Both the position numbers and the translations under genes were made by a program. Below, piece by piece: positions 28,851 to 34,742 of a DNA stretch of 34,742 bases (the first letter of the stretch is position 1; every line of letters starts with the position of its first letter). The notes under the pieces were generated by a model. It was not told the origin of the DNA. It saw nothing but the letters and a program-made list of their open reading frames with translations, and made no database searches. The stretch lies in the sequence record SRR2962707_4129. The stretch is one strand, 5' to 3'.

Positions 28851-29516
28851 ATGAAAGGGGATACAATTAAAGTATTGTTAGCAGATGATCATGAGCTTAT
28901 ATTAGACGGTTTGAAGCTGATATTGATGAATGATGAAAAGTTTGAGGTGGTGGGTGAAGCACATGATGGTGAAGAACTATTGAATGAGCTAAAAGTCATT
29001 CCTGAGCTTGATATAGTAGTACTAGATATTAATATGCCTAAGAAAGATGGCATTCAGGTAACAAAGGAAATAAAGTCTACCTACCCAGAGGTAAAAGTAT
29101 TGATTCTATCTATGTACAATAGGAAAGAGTTTGTAAAAAACTTGGTGGATGAAGGGATAGATGGATATATCATGAAAAACGCAGGAAAGGTTGAGCTAAT
29201 AATGGCATTGGAGACACTGGCTGGTGGTGATCCATATTATGGTAAGGAGATTACTAATACCATCATGAAAAGTTATCAAAAAAGAAAAGTCTTTAACAGT
29301 CCTATGGAAGTGGAGTTATCTGAGAGGGAGAAGGAAATAGTTGCTTTGATAGCCAATGAAATGACTACACTTGAGATTGCAGATAAGCTTTTCATTAGTC
29401 CTTATACAGTAGATACACATCGCAAAAACATTCTCTCTAAGCTAGGTGTAAAAAATGCTGCTGGCATTATGAGATTTGCCTTGCAAACAGGCATTATCAA
29501 AGGTTTTGACCTTTGA
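28851..29516 (+). CDS. NarL/LuxR-family DNA-binding response regulator
   Basis: LADDH, LDINMP, LSMY receiver; HTH LSEREKEIV...IADKLFISPYTVDTHRKNILSKL. Confidence 0.95.
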   Translation: MKGDTIKVLLADDHELILDGLKLILMNDEKFEVVGEAHDGEELLNELKVIPELDIVVLDINMPKKDGIQVTKEIKSTYPEVKVLILSMYNRKEFVKNLVDEGIDGYIMKNAGKVELIMALETLAGGDPYYGKEITNTIMKSYQKRKVFNSPMEVELSEREKEIVALIANEMTTLEIADKLFISPYTVDTHRKNILSKLGVKNAAGIMRFALQTGIIKGFDL

Positions 29517-29678
29517 ATTTTTGATAAACTGATTGACTTGATTCACGTGTCAATTCAACTAAATTTTAGTTAATGGAATATGAGCTATCATGTGTTTTTG
29601 TACAATTTCAATATCAATTAGTCTTGAAGACTTAATATTTCATATAACCACTTTATATATTACTACCGTCAAGTGATA

Positions 29679-29698
29679 AATACCTAATATTAGGTATT
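29679..29698. promoter_or_regulatory. 7-2-7 palindromic operator copy 2 (AATACCTAA-TA-TTAGGTATT)
   Basis: Perfect 20-bp palindrome 61 nt upstream of ATG 29760; followed by TTG-N20-TAGTTTCA (29697-29727), a promoter-like spacing. Confidence 0.8.
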
Positions 29699-29759
29699 GT
29701 TGACTTTAAAAGTTCCACCTAGTTTCAAGGTATTAATAAAATTCATTTAATAAATAATC

Positions 29760-30101
29760 ATGGCTACTCACCGATTTAACAAAGAAAAAGATATAGGAGA
29801 TGATGAAAAAGTAACCTTCACGGTTGATTTCATCTCGGACGGCAACACTGGAATGACAGATGTTAACATTCCCGGAGAAAATGATCCTGAAATAAAGGAT
29901 GAGGGAACTGTCTCCCTTGGTATTGGAAAAGACTTGAAGTCCTCAAGAACAATTGTGGTTTCAAATATTTCGAATTTGAACAAAAATGAAGAGGATATAA
30001 CGATATCCTATAAAGTTAATGGAGTAGAGATACAAAGATATTCCAAGAAGAAATCAGTCGATGAGGCACCACTTATCATACTGAAAATTAAATTCAAGTA
30101 G
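29760..30101 (+). CDS. Small beta-rich hypothetical protein
   Basis: 113 aa, AT-rich leader, no signal peptide, 1 nt from the next gene. Confidence 0.75.
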   Translation: MATHRFNKEKDIGDDEKVTFTVDFISDGNTGMTDVNIPGENDPEIKDEGTVSLGIGKDLKSSRTIVVSNISNLNKNEEDITISYKVNGVEIQRYSKKKSVDEAPLIILKIKFK

Positions 30102-30102
30102 A

Positions 30103-31401
30103 ATGAGAATATTAGTCATTTTATTGATTGCGATAATAATAAATCCAATCTGGGCACAAAACGAAGCAGACGTAGAACAACTACGTCCCGTTTCTAATCC
30201 TGCAACATCCATTCTTGGTTTGCAACCTACTGTCACACTTAATCCAAAATCAAGAGAAATGTTGCAAGCATCATTGTTCTCTTCCTTCCAGGAGAATGGC
30301 TCACCGAATATTGCGGATGATTTCAGTATGGAGTTTGCACCTTACTGGTTCAAAGATCATGGGTTATCACTTGAAGAGTACTTGTTTGCCAATGTTGTAG
30401 ATCAGGTATTTAGGAATGCCTCTTTTTCTATTGCTTCCAGTAAAAATTTCATTCTAGGAGACTCTTCCGCTACAGAGGCAATTTCATTCGGATTTCGAAC
30501 ATCATTCCATCTAGGTAATACTGTAGATCGAAAAGCAATTTTGGATTATAAAGCAAATTTAAATGGGATACAAAGTTTTAGAATTGAGATTGCTTCAAAA
30601 TATGAAGAGTTGGTTGATACACTTAATCATGATAATCCGAACTTCAGGGCTGCCTTGGAACAAATCAAACCACACATTGTCAATGAACTGATAGACTCTG
30701 ATTTGGTCAAATCCAGAAAGGAGGCTGAGCAGTTGACTTTGGAAAGCATGGATGAAGCACTTGGGTCAGAAGCTGCTGATTATTATGAATTGGGAGATGC
30801 ATTGTATGAGAAGCTGGCGGAAATTGTTGATTCCAAACAAGTTTTATCGCAATTTCAGAACTACTTGGATGATCGTGACGGAATTTATGTGGATTTCGCA
30901 TACGCAACACTCTTAAATTTTCCAACCAATAGTTTTGATGAAAAGTATATTTCAGGTCAATCTGTTTGGTTAATGCCAAGCTTCAACTTTAAAGGCAAGG
31001 TAGATTTCCTGTCGCTATCTATCATATCAAGATTTAACTGGTATGATTTGGACTTTTACAACAATTACTTCCCTGACTCAGAAGTCTATGAAAACAATTT
31101 TGACATTGGGGCCTCCCTCAATGCCCACTTCAAAAAATTTGAGATTCAGCTTGAAATGGTTAAAAGAAAAAGTTCAACAAAAGTTCCAGACGGGACGAAT
31201 GCGGGTGGGATGCCTTTGTTTTATGAATTAGAAAACAATGACTTCCAAACCGTTGGTTCACTGGCCTACCGAATCAATGAAAAAGTTGTCCTCAACTATT
31301 CACTCGGGAATGCCTTCGAACCCATTTCAAATCCAGAGGCTACTTTGGTATCCATTCTTGGTTTGAACATGGCTTTTGGCCAGCAAAAAGTGGGTGAGTA
31401 A
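30103..31401 (+). CDS. Exported hypothetical protein, possible outer-membrane beta-barrel with helical insertion
   Basis: Signal peptide ending IWA-Q; alternating beta-strand pattern in the C-terminal half ending LGLNMAFG. Confidence 0.7.
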   Translation: MRILVILLIAIIINPIWAQNEADVEQLRPVSNPATSILGLQPTVTLNPKSREMLQASLFSSFQENGSPNIADDFSMEFAPYWFKDHGLSLEEYLFANVVDQVFRNASFSIASSKNFILGDSSATEAISFGFRTSFHLGNTVDRKAILDYKANLNGIQSFRIEIASKYEELVDTLNHDNPNFRAALEQIKPHIVNELIDSDLVKSRKEAEQLTLESMDEALGSEAADYYELGDALYEKLAEIVDSKQVLSQFQNYLDDRDGIYVDFAYATLLNFPTNSFDEKYISGQSVWLMPSFNFKGKVDFLSLSIISRFNWYDLDFYNNYFPDSEVYENNFDIGASLNAHFKKFEIQLEMVKRKSSTKVPDGTNAGGMPLFYELENNDFQTVGSLAYRINEKVVLNYSLGNAFEPISNPEATLVSILGLNMAFGQQKVGE

Positions 31402-31442
31402 GTACTTTAAAATCTAAAATGGATATAGTATTTCTATAAGAA

Positions 31443-33485
31443 TTGGAATCTGTAACCAAAATATTGAGAGACCTATTTGCTCATGAAGCTGTTAGGGCAG
31501 TTCTCGATTCAAATGAATTCTACTTCCAGAAAGCATTGGATAAATACATGGAATTCCTTGAATTGGAACTACCTGATAAAGAGAATAATATATATGAGGA
31601 GTTGATTTTAGAATATGCCAATTTTGAAGTTCAGGGAGCTTATAAATTCGGTCAGTTTCTTTCTAGGAAAGCGCCTAAAACATTTGGACTCAAAGGTCCT
31701 GGTTTATTCACCAAACATGCTCAATATAAGATTCTTCTTACCGTAGGAGAGCTTATTTCTTATATCGATCGAAATGCTTACAACAAATCAGAATGGAATG
31801 AATATGAGGACAATCGCACTATGGCTAGATCCATGGTGCGTCAGGACCCTTGGGTCATAAACTTACTCAAGTTCAAATCCAACGGAAATAACTTAGAAGG
31901 AATCAAAAGCCCAAATATTCTAAATGCCTTGGCGTTCCTTTCTTCTCCAAGTGATCACACCACGGTATTGTCTTTAAAACATAGAGCACAGATCCTGAAG
32001 AGCTTTGGTTATAAGTCTGGGGATGTTGCTGATTTTGACCAACTGGTCCTTGACTTCTTTTCATTGCATAGGGATCAAATCACACTGGCCAATTCAGATA
32101 ATTTTTCAACACTTATCTCAGTATTACTTTATAGAAGGCCTTTCAGGATTCAGTGGGATAATGCCTTGAGTGAAAAACTTGGAGGCAAGGTTGAAAAGGA
32201 AGAGTCGTTTCAAGCTACCGTTACTGAAGTTGAAGACGTTCAGGAGGAAGAAGAAACTGTTGAACGTGATCAAGAGGCCTTATCCATTGTCCTAAGCATT
32301 GCCGGTTCTCCAACGGCGCAAGCTGATGATCTTGCTAAGAGAGATCGTTTGGGTCGACAAAAAATGATTGACGCATTGGCTCAACTTATGAGTCATCCGG
32401 AACAGGGAACTCCCTTTACAATTGGAATCTTTGGAAATTGGGGAGCGGGTAAAAGTTCATTGGTTGAATTGGTGTTTACACAGTTGAGATCTTTATACTC
32501 AGGTAAGAATAAATCATTTAGGAAATTCAAATTCATTCAATTCAATGCATGGGAATATGAGCGAACAGAAAACATTGCTGTGGGCTTAACACAGGAAACA
32601 GTAAAAGGATTGATGAATGACGAAAATATAATTGGGAAAATTATCATCAGAGTTAAGTATGCATTTAAGATGCATAAGTGGGCTTCAATAAGTTCGATCA
32701 TTGGTATTATTGGACTGGTTTATTCTTTTTTTTTCCTGGATGTTCATACGAATAATAGGATTCGAACAGAAACGCTTGAAGTTTCACAACCAATTAATGG
32801 GATCCTTGATACCCTGAAATTGACCCGTGAAACGATTGAAGTAGTGAATGATGATTCTCTTAAGATTACTCTAACAACCACAACTGAGTATTTCCCACAG
32901 AAGGACTCAATGCTGGTTACCAATAAAAGCAGAGTTGAGCCTATTGAAGATACCAAGACCGATAATGACACTTATGATATTTGGCATATTTTGAAGCAAA
33001 TCACCTCTGGTAGCGGAGCTTTGATCCTTCTTTTATTTTTTAAACGATTGAGCGACAACCCTCTCACAACTAAATTTTTATCTAACACAAAGATTCCAGA
33101 TTATAAAGAGCAACTTGGCTTGGTTCCCGTGCTCAAGGAACAAATAAAGGCGCTGAGGGACATTACTGTTGGATCCCGAAAGCGTATGATTGTCTTTGTT
33201 GATGACCTTGACAGATGTTCCCACGAAACGATTATGAAGACCCTGGAAGCTGTACATAGAATATTAGATCTTAAGAAAACCATCGTTCTAATTGCTGTTG
33301 ATCATCGTATTGCACTTCAGGCAATCGCAGAAAGCATGGGGCAAAATGATCCAACAAGAACAAAAGAGGAAATGGCAAGAGATTTTCTAGGAAAGCTAAT
33401 ACAACTTCCTGTTAGAATTAAAGATCCAACAGATGAAAGCATTGCCAATTTTATAGATAACTCACTGTTTGTAAACAAAGATTGA
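31443..33485 (+). CDS. KAP-family P-loop NTPase, N-terminal part (extra N-terminal domain, two TM helices)
   Basis: LGR..., TIGIFGNWGAGKSS Walker A, FNAWEY, two TM segments, IVFVDDLDRC Walker B, FLGKLIQLPV. Confidence 0.88.
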   Translation: MESVTKILRDLFAHEAVRAVLDSNEFYFQKALDKYMEFLELELPDKENNIYEELILEYANFEVQGAYKFGQFLSRKAPKTFGLKGPGLFTKHAQYKILLTVGELISYIDRNAYNKSEWNEYEDNRTMARSMVRQDPWVINLLKFKSNGNNLEGIKSPNILNALAFLSSPSDHTTVLSLKHRAQILKSFGYKSGDVADFDQLVLDFFSLHRDQITLANSDNFSTLISVLLYRRPFRIQWDNALSEKLGGKVEKEESFQATVTEVEDVQEEEETVERDQEALSIVLSIAGSPTAQADDLAKRDRLGRQKMIDALAQLMSHPEQGTPFTIGIFGNWGAGKSSLVELVFTQLRSLYSGKNKSFRKFKFIQFNAWEYERTENIAVGLTQETVKGLMNDENIIGKIIIRVKYAFKMHKWASISSIIGIIGLVYSFFFLDVHTNNRIRTETLEVSQPINGILDTLKLTRETIEVVNDDSLKITLTTTTEYFPQKDSMLVTNKSRVEPIEDTKTDNDTYDIWHILKQITSGSGALILLLFFKRLSDNPLTTKFLSNTKIPDYKEQLGLVPVLKEQIKALRDITVGSRKRMIVFVDDLDRCSHETIMKTLEAVHRILDLKKTIVLIAVDHRIALQAIAESMGQNDPTRTKEEMARDFLGKLIQLPVRIKDPTDESIANFIDNSLFVNKD

Positions 33486-33506
33486 TGCCATTTAAACAAT
33501 AATTGT

Positions 33507-33980
33507 ATGGTAGATCATAAGGAGAATACACAGGTCAAAATTACAAATGATCAGCTATCAACTAAGAATACTTCATGGGAAGTACAGGTAGAAAGTCTTG
33601 GATTAATTTCACTTAAGGAGAGTCCTGAGGAAATTGGAATTTTCAAGAAATATGTTAGAATGTTTCAACTTAAAAATCCTAGACAAATAAGGAGGTTGAG
33701 AAATAGTTATAGACTTCTAAAGGTAATGGAAGAGGGTAATGGCGGTATTTCACTAATGTTCATCATTTTTATGATGGAATATCTTATGAGTAAGTTGAGT
33801 GATTCTACGATTGGCAACAACATGGTAAATTTCGACGTGGACGTATTTACTAATTTGACAATTAATAAAACCATAAACAATGAAATAAAAGAGCTTGGTA
33901 TTCATGATTTGAACTCACTAGCTTCTATTGGACTCCAGGTTATACTACCATCTTCTCATGAAAGTAATTTTGAAGTTTGA
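33507..33980 (+). CDS. C-terminal portion of the KAP NTPase (same frame, separated by one TGA)
   Basis: Contains NPRQIRRLRNSYRLL, the KAP C-terminal helical motif; in frame with 31443-33485. Confidence 0.75.
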   Translation: MVDHKENTQVKITNDQLSTKNTSWEVQVESLGLISLKESPEEIGIFKKYVRMFQLKNPRQIRRLRNSYRLLKVMEEGNGGISLMFIIFMMEYLMSKLSDSTIGNNMVNFDVDVFTNLTINKTINNEIKELGIHDLNSLASIGLQVILPSSHESNFEV

Positions 33981-34487
33981 GATTCGGGTTAGCGTTTGAT
34001 TACAAGTGAAAACTTTTAACACCATTTCCTAATTCACAACGTTCACGTGATGCCACAGGATCCCCTAGCTACAGGTCTTGGCTGGGAAACCGTGCTAAAT
34101 ACAGCATTCGAAGCAGCAAAAGCTGCAGCTAATACGTAGTTTGATATATGGTATATAAGCCAAAGCTATTTGTTATCAGAAACAACAGTAAAACACTAAT
34201 TCTCTCATATACCGTCCATGGTAGGTGAGGGACTTTGGTAGGGGCAGGAGGGAAGGTTCTGAACACTCTTTTGCCATTTCTCAGATGTAGGAATTGCCAT
34301 CCCTGAAAGGGATACTGGGATTATGGTGGAAAGTGGCTATATAGATAACACAGGGAAAATCGTACAATTTGTGCAGGAGTCTGAAGGGATTACCATGTTG
34401 TGAAGATTTGCTGTAACAGCAGGGAAGGACATACAAATGTGTGCATGCTAAAAACCTAGTTCTCCATATCTTCCTATTTTTAATCAT

Positions 34488-34742
34488 ATGGAAGATCAGT
34501 CACCTTACGATTTAATCCTAAAGAATGTATCTCGTTTCATTGACCTAACGGAAGAAGAGAAGGAGCTCTTCATATCGCATTTGATCAAAGGAAATGCCAA
34601 ACGTAAGGAGTTTGTTATGCAACCAGGGGAGATTACCAGGTATGAATATTTTATCACCAAAGGCTGTCTAAAAGTTTATTCTCTCGATAGAAATGGAGTT
34701 GAGCACGTGTCAATGTTTGCGATTGAAGATTTCTGGACAGGA
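34488..34742 (+). CDS. Crp/Fnr-family transcriptional regulator (3' truncated by window end)
   Basis: Not in ORF track; reads MEDQSPYDLILKNVSRFIDLTEEE...PGEITRYEYFITKGCLKVYSLDRNGVEHVSMFAIEDFWTG, a cNMP-binding domain start. Confidence 0.88.
   Translation, partial: MEDQSPYDLILKNVSRFIDLTEEEKELFISHLIKGNAKRKEFVMQPGEITRYEYFITKGCLKVYSLDRNGVEHVSMFAIEDFWTG

Noticed and set aside
33483-33530. In-frame TGA as selenocysteine or genetic-code reassignment
   Set aside because: No evident SECIS-like hairpin, position is a non-catalytic linker, and many other genes here end properly at TGA
34281-34487. 68-aa minus-strand ORF from the track
   Set aside because: No recognisable motif, and it abuts the divergent Crp/Fnr start with no room for promoters; likely spurious

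Overview
Chromosomal window from a Bacteroidota bacterium, probably Cytophagales-like (TAnnTTCG-type promoters, AT-rich start contexts, TonB receptor/DUF4249 operon). (1) 135-4765 is a chemosensory-like operon with no MCP or CheW in view: CheY, a membrane NIT-HAMP-HPT-HATPase CheA-like (class III-type) kinase, a second CheY, CheX and a PP2C/SpoIIE-fold protein lacking key aspartates. (2) 4769-13711 holds scattered genes: ABC-F ATPase, exported WD40 protein, two c-type heme proteins, YdeP-family oxidoreductase, SiaC, an EF-hand protein and hypotheticals. (3) 13776-23645 (minus strand) is a TonB-dependent transporter operon with four tandem DUF4249-type lipoproteins. (4) About 24650-34000 is an apparently AT-richer accessory block of two operons: S8 protease, orphan, helical-sensor histidine kinase and NarL/LuxR regulator; then a small protein, an exported protein and a KAP NTPase. 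Each operon is preceded by the same 7-2-7 palindrome (AATACCTAAnnTTAGGTATT). The KAP NTPase frame is interrupted by one in-frame TGA. A partial Crp/Fnr regulator ends the window. No rRNA, tRNA, CRISPR array or transposase was recognised. All family calls come from motif recognition by eye, not database searches.
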